Shown: positions 33,804-42,979 of the stretch, piece by piece
Numbering within the stretch: the first letter of the stretch is position 1
How the letters are laid out: each line of letters begins with the position of its first letter
Assembly (NCBI GenBank): GCA_946965045.2
Contig: OX337236.1
Coordinates: forward strand, 248,001 to 312,000
Source: Epithemia pelagica
Lineage: Eukaryota; Protista; Bacillariophyta
Reading direction: 5' to 3'
DNA: 64,000 nucleotides
Made by a program: the position numbers and the translations under genes
The notes under the pieces: model-generated
What the model saw: the letters and a program-made list of their open reading frames with translations, nothing else
Databases searched by the model: none
What the model was told of the DNA's origin: nothing

Positions 33804-35583
33804 ATGACACCAGCGACGACACAACCAGGGCGACTGAATCTTGGCACCAAGGAATCCTGTGCCAAACGGTGTCGGAAAAGGATAGCGAAAAATGCCGTTC
33901 GTTGGAATCTGTCAATCATGGCGTGCCTTGTTATAGTTTGTATTCATCAACGGCCTCAGTGCACTGGTACTGCTGCTGCTGCTGCCTCGACAAGGATGCG
34001 CTTGTCGCTTCCTCCATTGATGCTCTGTACCGTGACCAATGAGCTGAAATGCCCGGCTACATATGCCTCCTCTTCCTCCAAACGATATCAGCATGCAGGC
34101 CACATTCATGAAGAATCTTTGGACTCCGTCGAACCGTCGAAGCGCCTGTCGACAACCACTCTCCATTCGGAACCTGGCGACTATGCCGACATGTTGAACA
34201 CTGCAACCAACAGTGGAGCGAGATCTCGTCTGAATCCAATGGCACGCATTCGGCAGACGGCGATCTGGAAACGTGTATCGAGACAAAGAAGCAAGATTAT
34301 TGCACAAGAAACTTTTGACAATGTCCTTTCTGCTAATGGAGAACATTCAGAATGCGACTCTTTCGATAACTTGCGTTTTTCAAAGGTGACTAGTTCACCA
34401 ACCATGCTTGCAAATGATCTTTTTCAAAGAGCTTTTCCTGACATTGTAGCTGGGGAGGCTGGACATGCATCTGTTGGCACAGAATACAATGTGTTGGGAG
34501 ATATGGCGACACGCGATTCTGTCGTGCTACGACACGTCATTGCCATTCACGCGGGAGGAGGGCAAACGGATCAAACGACTGGAATGGAGCAGTCCATACA
34601 GTACGCCATGGCCACCACACCTCAAACCCCTGTACACTCCACTCCAATTCCATCCTGGGTGGATCCTCCTGCTCCACCCCGTCCACCCAGCCAGCTTCCC
34701 TTGCGGTTTCTGCGGGCAGGCAAGGGCAATGTGGTGGAAGGGATTCGACGCTACAAGGCCACCTTGGCATGGCGTCGAGAAAACAAGATTGATGGGATAT
34801 TGAGAGAACCCAATCCACACTTTGCGCTCATCAAGAGAAATTATCCACATTTCTTTCACGGACGAGGATACCATGGTGAACCTTGTTTCTACGAACAACC
34901 ACCCAAAACAAACCTCAAGGCCATTCGGGAGGGTGGTGTGAGTCTATCCCAGTTGCTTCGACACTATACCATGGTAACTGAGTTTCAATGGCAGTATTTG
35001 GTGCGGGACGATTTGAAACGTAGCATTTATGTGATTGATTTAGCAGGTATGCGCTTAAAGGACTTTGTGGGCGAAGTGGTGGACTATGTGAAGAAAGCTT
35101 CTGCCTTATCTGGTCAGCACTATCCAGAAAGAGCTGGGGTAGGTAGGTGTCGAAATCATCAAACGCGGACAGAGAAAGCTGTTGATCCTCACTGGTTGAT
35201 CTCACCCCTACTTACGTTCTCTTAATGTTGTTCGATCGGTGTCTTGCAACTCAGTTTACGTGATTAATGTCCCAGCATGGTTCCAAATGATTTGGCGAGT
35301 AGTCAAGCCCTGGATTGATGAAGCTACTCTCAAAAAGATTTTTATTTTGCGAGACAAGGATGAAATCCGTCGATGTATGCAGGAAAAGATACCGCCTCAC
35401 CACCTTCCAAGGGAATACGGTGGTCAATCACCCTATCCCCTGGGTCAATCTCCTGAGGAATGGCAATTTGCTCGTTTGGTCGAACACAACAACCGAATCG
35501 CTGCGGGTGATTTCTCATGCGGTGGGGCAGCTCCTTACAGCATATGCCCTTTTTGTACCTGGGTTCCTCCTCGAAGCTACTGA
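33804..35583 (+). CDS. CRAL-TRIO (Sec14-like) lipid-binding protein; intron 35143-35254
   Basis: RFLRAGKG, YVIDLAGM, HYPERAGV-VYVINVPAWF...VKPWID, LPREYGG; phase-1 GT-AG intron. Confidence 0.9.
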
Positions 35584-35740
35584 GATCTGGAGAGCACCAG
35601 GCGAAGATTAGGAAGTTCCTGCAGCTGCCTTTGCGAGATGATCGCGTTTCCTTGTATCAACTTGGACACTAAGGGAAAGCTCAACACAGTCCCATGAGGA
35701 TGTAGCTTGATCTACTCACTAACAGTACATTTACTGCAGT

Positions 35741-36376
35741 CTAATCTCTTTTGGATCTTGTGTTTTGAGTACTTCTCCTATCGTTTTCCTTCACAAATGC
35801 ATACAACGCTGGGACGCTTTGCAATAGATCTTGAACAAGTTCAGGTGGTAGTTTCTGTTTCATCAAGTCTACCAACATGCCAATCACTACAATCCCTTGC
35901 TCGTGTGAAATCCCATAGTCTCGGAGTAGCTGATCCAACCACAGGCCATCCGATGGCAAAGTTTCTAGCATTTGAATTGTTGCAGCTGATAAAAACTGGG
36001 ACAGTACTTGTTTCAGGATATTCCATATGCCCAACAGATTGAGCACCAATACCACAAGTCCCACTAAAGTAGTTGGAGACGAAGAGACGTGTCTTCTTGT
36101 GAATGGAAAGTCTTGTTCTTGTCCATGTGTCGATGAGTCTGGTGGTCGGTCTGCAAAACTCGATTCCTCCCCTGAATGCCTGCTTCTTGGAACCCAGTCA
36201 TCGAACGACTGCGTTCCCAGCAAGAGGGTCAGCGCGGCCTCGATGTTGACACTAGCCGAGATTTCTCCCCGAGCTTGTTTGTCGAGAAGAAACCGAAAGA
36301 GTGCGCCAAAAGCTTGCTGCAGTCTGCTCTCTTCCAGACCCAAGCGGGTCGCAGCATTTCGAACTAAAGCTTCCAT
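35741..36376 (-). CDS. Small helical hypothetical protein, DUF2780/DUF2267-like pattern
   Basis: MEALVRNAATRLGLEESRLQQAFGALFRFLLDK and GISHEQG...LVDLMKQKLPPELVQDLLQSVPAL resemble bacterial helical-repeat DUFs (recalled, not searched). Confidence 0.6.
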   Translation of the reverse strand: MEALVRNAATRLGLEESRLQQAFGALFRFLLDKQARGEISASVNIEAALTLLLGTQSFDDWVPRSRHSGEESSFADRPPDSSTHGQEQDFPFTRRHVSSSPTTLVGLVVLVLNLLGIWNILKQVLSQFLSAATIQMLETLPSDGLWLDQLLRDYGISHEQGIVVIGMLVDLMKQKLPPELVQDLLQSVPALYAFVKENDRRSTQNTRSKRD

Positions 36377-36637
36377 TGTCGAAGTGATCAGACGGTGATA
36401 ATGCAATATTATTTCAAGAAAACTGGCTTCTTGTCCGCCTTGTCCATTGTCGTTAAAGCATCAGCACGACTGAACACCTGTGCCCCCACCTGGAATCGGC
36501 GCAATGGAAAATCGCGGAACAGAAAATCATCTCTACTCGTACTCGTATTTTGTTGCGCGGTCGAAGCAAGAAAAGAGTCGCCGCGCGCGAAAATAGCCCC
36601 GTAATTAACGCCATACGTAAGGGAGCAGTATATATAC

Positions 36638-36811
36638 CAATCCGCCTGCCCTCGGCGAATTGCTTGCTAACGCTGCAGTCCTTTGGTAGCTTTAGGGAAA
36701 GACTCCGCTGGTTGGTTGTGGCTTCTGATGACTAGGAGTCATCGGGAGCCTGCCAACAGCGGAAACGCTGAGGAGTAGATCATCGGGATCTAACCCTCTA
36801 GCGTCTGCACC
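36638..36811 (-). repeat. Split direct repeat B2 (174 bp)
   Basis: No differences seen versus 36968-37141. Confidence 0.95.
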
Positions 36812-36827
36812 GGGAGGGAGTGGTGGG

Positions 36828-36967
36828 ACCAACAGCAAACTTGGTAAAGATTGCGTTGCTCCAAAAACTCTGAGCTCCATGGCTGCTGTTGGCAGACTCC
36901 TAGACATAGCTAGTGTGATCTAGCTAGACTACGTGTAGCTACCTGAGTGTCCTGTCGCTGACGCACA
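36828..36967 (-). repeat. Split direct repeat A2 (140 bp)
   Basis: No differences seen versus 46878-47017. Confidence 0.95.
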
Positions 36968-37141
36968 CAATCCGCCTGCCCTCGGCGAATTGCTTGCTAA
37001 CGCTGCAGTCCTTTGGTAGCTTTAGGGAAAGACTCCGCTGGTTGGTTGTGGCTTCTGATGACTAGGAGTCATCGGGAGCCTGCCAACAGCGGAAACGCTG
37101 AGGAGTAGATCATCGGGATCTAACCCTCTAGCGTCTGCACC
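36968..37141 (-). repeat. Split direct repeat B1 (174 bp)
   Basis: Abuts A2 directly, reproducing the predicted circle junction. Confidence 0.95.
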
Positions 37142-37258
37142 ACATGTCTTTGCCTTGACTAGCCACCACAGCTGACTGCGGAGTGTGAGGGAGTAGCCGA
37201 TAGGACAATTGGAGGGCGTAGGACATGGGCACAAAGATACGGTTGCGGAAGAGGTGAG

Positions 37259-38263
37259 ATGAGTTCTGCAGCTCGGAGAACAGAAGAAAGCGAAACAACT
37301 GCTGAACAACTGGATCGTTTAAAAACAGTTGTCGAGGCACAACGCAAAGAATTGCACTGCGCTTTAGGAGGAGTGGATATCGCGCAAACAGAGCTGGATA
37401 AGACTCGCGTGTTGCACGCCCAGGAGCGTCAACATTTGGAAGACGTGCATGGCGGAATACTTGCATCCAAAGAGGCGTCGGTGATTCAGACGCAGAAAAA
37501 CGTGCGCGAGTTGGTGGGCGACCATCAAGCGGAGATCGATCGACTGGTGACCCGTGTGTGTGAAACTTTTGCGGAGGAAGGAGGAGACGGGGAAGACTTC
37601 GTGGAAACGGTGTTTCGAAGAGCATCTCCAAGCAACAAGAAGGTCGTGGTGGCTCTAGAGCTGTTGTTTCCGCACCCGGAAGACCAAGAAGTCGTTTTCC
37701 ACCAGATTTGTGGATTGGCCTTGGCTGGCGGACGGGAGAGGCCTTCTGCAGAGGAGGTTGTGGAACGAAAAGTGGCCGTTGTTCGTGAGTTGTTCACGCA
37801 GAACTCTGCCCGCCGTGGATTGCCTGTGCCAGTTCCCGGAGGGAGAGCCGCGACGGCTGCTGCAGCATCCGACCGAAAAGATAAGAAACCCGAGGCGGGT
37901 AAAAAGAGGTCCGAAGGGAAAGGAACTGGTGAAGCGTTTTCGAAGCGCGAGAAGCGTTCTTTGGAAGAGTGGTTGGGCCAACCGGGTTTCAGTACCCTAC
38001 CCAAGAAGCAGCGCAAGAGCAGTGCCCCTGTGAAGAGGAGCGCGAGTGTTTCGCCCAAGGAGAAAGGCCTGGGGTCGATCAAGGAAACTCCCACAAGGGA
38101 GAAATCGATTAAGGAAACTCCGACGAGGGAGAATACGGCGACGAGGGAAAACACGGCAACAGAGGACGAGCCGTTGTCGTGGAAGAAACATTTACCGGAA
38201 GTGGTTGTCCTGTCTGGCGATTCTTCGGGACGCGCGTCGAAGTCGGAATCAGACAGTGAGTGA
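37259..38263 (+). CDS. Antisense cargo ORF1 of the YR element (334 aa, coiled-coil N-terminus, basic/acidic low-complexity tail)
   Basis: ATG-initiated, heptad-like EQLDRLKTVVEAQRKELH, short internal repeats SIKETPTRE x2 and TATRE; does not overlap the YR, RT or gag ORFs. Confidence 0.7.
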   Translation: MSSAARRTEESETTAEQLDRLKTVVEAQRKELHCALGGVDIAQTELDKTRVLHAQERQHLEDVHGGILASKEASVIQTQKNVRELVGDHQAEIDRLVTRVCETFAEEGGDGEDFVETVFRRASPSNKKVVVALELLFPHPEDQEVVFHQICGLALAGGRERPSAEEVVERKVAVVRELFTQNSARRGLPVPVPGGRAATAAAASDRKDKKPEAGKKRSEGKGTGEAFSKREKRSLEEWLGQPGFSTLPKKQRKSSAPVKRSASVSPKEKGLGSIKETPTREKSIKETPTRENTATRENTATEDEPLSWKKHLPEVVVLSGDSSGRASKSESDSE

Positions 38264-38265
38264 AG

Positions 38266-38856
38266 ATGGAGGAGATGGCCGAGTTGATTGACGAGCTGGA
38301 TCAGATGGCGGATAGGCAGGCTCAAATGGCCGAGATTATGAGAGAGTTGGGACGGATGGCCGAGAGGCAAGTGGAGATCTCTAGTCGATTGCTTGAATTG
38401 AAGGAATTGGCGGAGAGGAGAGTGGAGCAGGCGATTCATGTGGTGGCGGCAGCGAACGCGGCTGTGGCCAACGGAGGAGGAGGGGGGGAGTGGGAGCCCG
38501 ATGGAGTGGGCCCTACGGGCAGAGAAGGAATGCGAGAGGGGACACCACGGGGCCGAGAGGAAGGGTCGACGGCCCGTGGAGGAAGATGGGGCTGGCGAGT
38601 GGCAAGCAAAGGGGTGGGTGGACCGAGTCCCCGTGGACGTACGAGTCCACGAACACAAGGTGGATTTATGGGTCGGCGGGCGAGCCGTGGATCGGAGGAG
38701 CGTTTCAAAGTTGGTGAGCGGGTTCGGATTCGAAACCCAAACGATCCCGCTGACCCAACTGGGCGGGTGGTGAAGGTAACAGACGCACGTATCCACGTGG
38801 AGACCGACAATGGCGTGCGTTATTCTCGAGCGGACAAGAACATAGCGAGGATTTAA
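38266..38856 (+). CDS. Antisense cargo ORF2 of the YR element (196 aa, coiled coil, G/R-rich linker, KOW/SH3-like C-terminal barrel)
   Basis: MEEMAELIDELDQMADRQ heptads; C-terminus FKVGERVRIRNP...TGRVVKVTDARIHVETDNG; ATG 2 nt after the ORF1 stop. Confidence 0.72.
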   Translation: MEEMAELIDELDQMADRQAQMAEIMRELGRMAERQVEISSRLLELKELAERRVEQAIHVVAAANAAVANGGGGGEWEPDGVGPTGREGMREGTPRGREEGSTARGGRWGWRVASKGVGGPSPRGRTSPRTQGGFMGRRASRGSEERFKVGERVRIRNPNDPADPTGRVVKVTDARIHVETDNGVRYSRADKNIARI

Positions 38857-38924
38857 GGTTGGAGCGGACGAAATAGTGATACCATAACAGAATAGTGAGA
38901 TACATTAGATGTGAATAGTGGTAG

Positions 38925-40337
38925 TTAAATATTTAGGACGCCTGCAATGGCCGCTTGACTATGAGGACCAATTGCTTTCGAGCAGTCACGGAGGTAGTGT
39001 TTGATCGAGTCTTCTTGCCATCGGAGTCGGAAGGCAATTTGGGGGAGGGGAACTTGAACGTTCCACAACGCTACAGCGGCTGTGACGCGTGTAGAATGGG
39101 CGACGAGCAAGTGGGCGTGACGCCGGTGGTAGTTGTGAGGGTTTGGGTACGCCTCCAGGCAAGCTTGACGGAGGGCTGTGATGATATCGGCCGACCTAAG
39201 GTAGGCTATTTTTCCCGGTTTGACCTGATAGGAGGCGAGGGGCAGGTGGGCTCCGATTTGGAGGGAGAGGGAGCGGCGGGCAATTGAACAGGATGCGAGC
39301 ACGGGACAGAGATAAGAGTGGCCGGAACGACGGAAGATGCGTTTCGTGAAATTATGAGCGCTTTTGTCATGCCGAAAGCGGATCTGGACTGCCGAGACGG
39401 TGTGTTCGTGTTTGGGGAGGGAAGCAAGTGGAAGCATGTCGTTCGCTTGAGTCAAGAAGACGAAGTCGCTGGAGACAAAGGCAATAGGTCGATCGTTCCA
39501 GGATGGATCATTAGGACAATTGGGAACGGCCGCGAAGACAAACTTTGAGCCAGAGGTTTGGGCAAATTCACTGGCACGGGAGCCGGTAAAGAGGCCAAGC
39601 CGGACCCAGTCGAAGAGAGTTGCGTCAAGTGACGAAGGAGGGGCCCCGACTGCACGGCAATAGAGCACGCTAAGGATGGCATCGGTGATGGGTTCCTTAC
39701 GATCGCGTGGACGTTGCCAGCGACGATGAAATTGTAATGGGTCGGATAGCAGTGGGTGCAGCAGGGTTGAGTTGGTTGGGTTGGAGATGTTAACAGGGCG
39801 GTTGAGGGCAACCTGAAGTGCGGAATGGGCAGCCGTTACGTAAGATTGAATGGTATCTGCTGCTAGGTCGGACCTCCTGTAGTAGTTCTCGCCGTTTGTG
39901 ACGTGATGTAGGTAAAGGTGTAGGATGTGTATGCATTCGTTATCGGTCAGGCGAGATAAAAGTTCGGGGGTGAGGTGATTGCGAGCGGACCATCGGGAAA
40001 AGTGAGCGCCTCGAGAGTCCAAAGTTCGATCATTCTTGTTCCTAGTTCGTCCTCGGTCCTGTTGAATTTGAAGCTTGTTAATATCATTGATAGCAACTTG
40101 GAGGGCACGCGGTAGGCGGTGGATGGGTCCAGCACTGGCTTGGACTGCTCGATAACGGAGGCCCAAGTGGGCGCAAGGGACGGGCGGGACAACAGGTCGG
40201 CATTGTGATTGAGCTCGCCCGCAATATGCGAGGCCTGTAATTGAACGGGAATAGGGGCAGAAGTGAGCATGGCTTGAAAAAGACGAGCAAGACGACGAGT
40301 TGCGGGCCGCTTGGCACGGGCGGCATGGGAGAGCCAC
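38925..40337 (-). CDS. Tyrosine recombinase of the retrotransposon
   Basis: Catalytic set looks intact: GSRASEF (R), RHDK (K), LCPV, HSTR (H-x-x-R), RW, HYLR (Y); overlaps the RNase H 3' end. Confidence 0.93.
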   Translation of the reverse strand: MALPCRPCQAARNSSSCSSFSSHAHFCPYSRSITGLAYCGRAQSQCRPVVPPVPCAHLGLRYRAVQASAGPIHRLPRALQVAINDINKLQIQQDRGRTRNKNDRTLDSRGAHFSRWSARNHLTPELLSRLTDNECIHILHLYLHHVTNGENYYRRSDLAADTIQSYVTAAHSALQVALNRPVNISNPTNSTLLHPLLSDPLQFHRRWQRPRDRKEPITDAILSVLYCRAVGAPPSSLDATLFDWVRLGLFTGSRASEFAQTSGSKFVFAAVPNCPNDPSWNDRPIAFVSSDFVFLTQANDMLPLASLPKHEHTVSAVQIRFRHDKSAHNFTKRIFRRSGHSYLCPVLASCSIARRSLSLQIGAHLPLASYQVKPGKIAYLRSADIITALRQACLEAYPNPHNYHRRHAHLLVAHSTRVTAAVALWNVQVPLPQIAFRLRWQEDSIKHYLRDCSKAIGPHSQAAIAGVLNI

Positions 40338-42799
40338 GAGAGCGCCGACGTGTTGTCGGTGCGCATGGAGATGACAAGGGTTTGGGGTTGCGGTGTAGCG
40401 TGAGAAGCCAGTCGCTGCAAGAACCAGAAGTTTATGAGAAGGACGACGAATTCAAGCAAGTTGATGTGCCACAGTGCATCGGGCGTGTCTTGAGTTGGAT
40501 CGGATAATTTGGTGGACTGCATATCTTTTGGTAGGATGAAGCCCAGGCGAAGTAAGTCGGGTTTGGTTAGTCTCCACATGAAGGGGTAGTGGGTGGATAA
40601 CCAGCCTCCCAGCCCTTCAATGGAAGCGTCGCCCAAAATTTCAAATTGCGAAACCCGCGGGATGCATAAAGCAATGGGACGGGTCCAAATGTGGGTCCGA
40701 GAAGAATGGAGGGTGGCCAAGAGCGTTCGGAGGTCCATAACGGTTTCTCGGTTGAGGGTGAACCGGGTTTTGTGCCAAAAGGAGGCGGCACGGGTGGATT
40801 TGCCTGCTGCTGCGGTGGCACGGAGGCGGTCGTTGAGTGCATACTGGAGGGACAACGTGTAATAGATGCCCAAGAGTGAGACTGGGGCGCTGTGACGGAC
40901 GAGGCCCAGAATTGTGGCCGCCATTTGCGGTGAAAGCCGACGCCCGTCGGAGTGCGTGGTGGGAAGGTCGAGGGCGTGTTGAAGATAGACCTGTAGTTGT
41001 GTCTGTTTATGGGACGGCCAGGAAATTGTCATAGTTCGAGTGTTGATGATATACCCCAGGAATTTCAGGCTGTGACTGATGTCACGCACAAATTTTATTG
41101 GATTAATAGGATCGGGTCGATGGGGGTCTTCGTCGGGGAAGCCGAAGGTGACGTATGCGGCGAGAATACTGCTATTGACTAACCGGTGGATCTCCGAGCG
41201 GATGGCCGCTCCACCGGTGTCGTCAACGAACGGAGCATACACCGGACGAGGGAAGGAGGACGGTTGGGATGCTAACAAGTGGGAGGTGCCTTGATTTAGA
41301 GCGTCGGGAGTGGCGGGCGTTAAGGTTCTGAGGGTGCGGGGGGACGGAGGAGGTGGGATAGCAATGGTGTCCGCCAAAAGAGTACGAGCGGAAGTGAGCT
41401 CAGCAAGGTAACGAGAGAGATGGGCTCGTAGCTCCCCCGGTAGCATGTAGTAGGAAGGACTGTTTTTGGCGCCAAAAATCATTCCAACGGGTATGATGAG
41501 GAACCAGCCGAGGACGCTTGCAAATGCTAAGGCAGCGTTGGGGTTGTATGTGACCCGACGGAAGGCGGCACTGATATCATCGGCGCTGAGCAGTATGTCT
41601 TCCGAGGGATGGTCAATACGCAGATTGTAGATGTACCGCAAAAAGCGTAGGAAAGCCGTGCCGTAAGCCACCGCGGGGTTACAGTCATCGTCACGTCCAG
41701 CATCAGGAATTTGGGCATTGGTGTTGCCGTCATCAGTGTCTGTGATTTTGGAGCTTGGATCGATGCACAAGCGGCCGGTGTCGCCGATGCGGTGGGGTTT
41801 GGGCGCTACCCAGTTAATGAGTGAAAGGAAAAGACCGGGGAGGAACCGCCAGATAATGCGGGGAAGGAAAAGATGATACTGTAGCTGTTCCTCTTTCTTG
41901 AACTTTTTGGTGATTTCCTCTAAGTTTTCTTGGACCCCGGGGTAGTTGTCAAGGAGGTTGCGTTGGGAAACGGCAACACGACTACAGGAATAGTGGCCTG
42001 CGAGAGGGGCGCCCAGGTGAAAAAGTTGCCAAGTGCGGGCATAGTCCAACCGTGGATAGTCCGGTGGGGGCTCAAAAGCTTTGACTCGGTCGATGATGTC
42101 AAAGGTGTCTGCCAGGCGTCTGTGATGATTATTGTAGATTCCGCCAAGCCAGCGGTACATGTCCGCATAGACGAAGTTTGCGCGACAAAGGGCAACGGCA
42201 AGCAGAAAAGCCTTACGGAATGGAAGGGGTTGGGATTTGTCTTCGCAGGGGGGCATGCGACAGACAGCGAGAGAGGTGCCATGAGCAGCGGCAACGCGGA
42301 GACGATGATAGAAGTGGAAGCTTGGCGAGGAGGCGACTAGGTTTTGTTGGTCCTGTGGGGACAAAAAATCCCATGCGTAGTGGCCGAGCAATTCAGGGGA
42401 AACAACATGGGGTGCGGTTGCCGCAAGGGGAGTGCCGTCAGGAGCAGCATGGGATGTGCCGACGTTGAGACGGTCGGGACCGAAACCAATTCGTTTGCGA
42501 TGGTGTGTGAACGACCAGAGAGGGAACAGGGGAAGAATTCCCCAGTTGGGCACCAAGGAGGAAGAGGCAAGGAGGAGTTGGGAGCGATCGGCGTCGGTCA
42601 AAAAGGGGTTGACGGTGGTTAACACCGTGTGCAACGTTGGCAACGCATAGGAGACCCGAGAGGGGGCAGCACGTGGGTGAGAAGGAAATACTGGTAGTTT
42701 GGGGACAGTAGGGACAGCCTCAGTAGTGGGAGCGGGAAGGGAGAGGAGAAGATCTGCCGTAGAGGTGGGATAAAATGTCTCGGGTGAAGTGGGAGGCAT
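39947..42799 (-). CDS. Reverse transcriptase / RNase H of the YR retrotransposon (950 aa)
   Basis: DDISAAF, FGAKNSP, FVDD, FLGYII, GDASIEGLGG, HINLLE, TDNTSA, HIAGELNHNADLLSR. Confidence 0.95.
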   Translation of the reverse strand: MPPTSPETFYPTSTADLLLSLPAPTTEAVPTVPKLPVFPSHPRAAPSRVSYALPTLHTVLTTVNPFLTDADRSQLLLASSSLVPNWGILPLFPLWSFTHHRKRIGFGPDRLNVGTSHAAPDGTPLAATAPHVVSPELLGHYAWDFLSPQDQQNLVASSPSFHFYHRLRVAAAHGTSLAVCRMPPCEDKSQPLPFRKAFLLAVALCRANFVYADMYRWLGGIYNNHHRRLADTFDIIDRVKAFEPPPDYPRLDYARTWQLFHLGAPLAGHYSCSRVAVSQRNLLDNYPGVQENLEEITKKFKKEEQLQYHLFLPRIIWRFLPGLFLSLINWVAPKPHRIGDTGRLCIDPSSKITDTDDGNTNAQIPDAGRDDDCNPAVAYGTAFLRFLRYIYNLRIDHPSEDILLSADDISAAFRRVTYNPNAALAFASVLGWFLIIPVGMIFGAKNSPSYYMLPGELRAHLSRYLAELTSARTLLADTIAIPPPPSPRTLRTLTPATPDALNQGTSHLLASQPSSFPRPVYAPFVDDTGGAAIRSEIHRLVNSSILAAYVTFGFPDEDPHRPDPINPIKFVRDISHSLKFLGYIINTRTMTISWPSHKQTQLQVYLQHALDLPTTHSDGRRLSPQMAATILGLVRHSAPVSLLGIYYTLSLQYALNDRLRATAAAGKSTRAASFWHKTRFTLNRETVMDLRTLLATLHSSRTHIWTRPIALCIPRVSQFEILGDASIEGLGGWLSTHYPFMWRLTKPDLLRLGFILPKDMQSTKLSDPTQDTPDALWHINLLEFVVLLINFWFLQRLASHATPQPQTLVISMRTDNTSALSWLSHAARAKRPATRRLARLFQAMLTSAPIPVQLQASHIAGELNHNADLLSRPSLAPTWASVIEQSKPVLDPSTAYRVPSKLLSMILTSFKFNRTEDELGTRMIELWTLEALTFPDGPLAITSPPNFYLA

Positions 42800-42979
42800 T
42801 TCATCAGACCACGGCGAACGGGCGCAAGTCGAACCTGGGCGATGATGTGCCGGTAGTCACGATGAGGGCGGGGGTTGTTGGGGGGCGTTTGGACGGTTCG
42901 GACGGTCTGAAGCCATGTGGGCTGTAAATTCCGGTGTAGGTTGGAGAAGGTGTCGAACGCGATCATGGTGACAGAACTC

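Noticed and set aside
37525-38796. 423-aa minus-strand ORF inside the YR element
   Set aside because: S/P/L/F-rich mirror of the two plus-strand ORFs on a stop-poor C/T-rich strand; not excluded, but no protein-like motif
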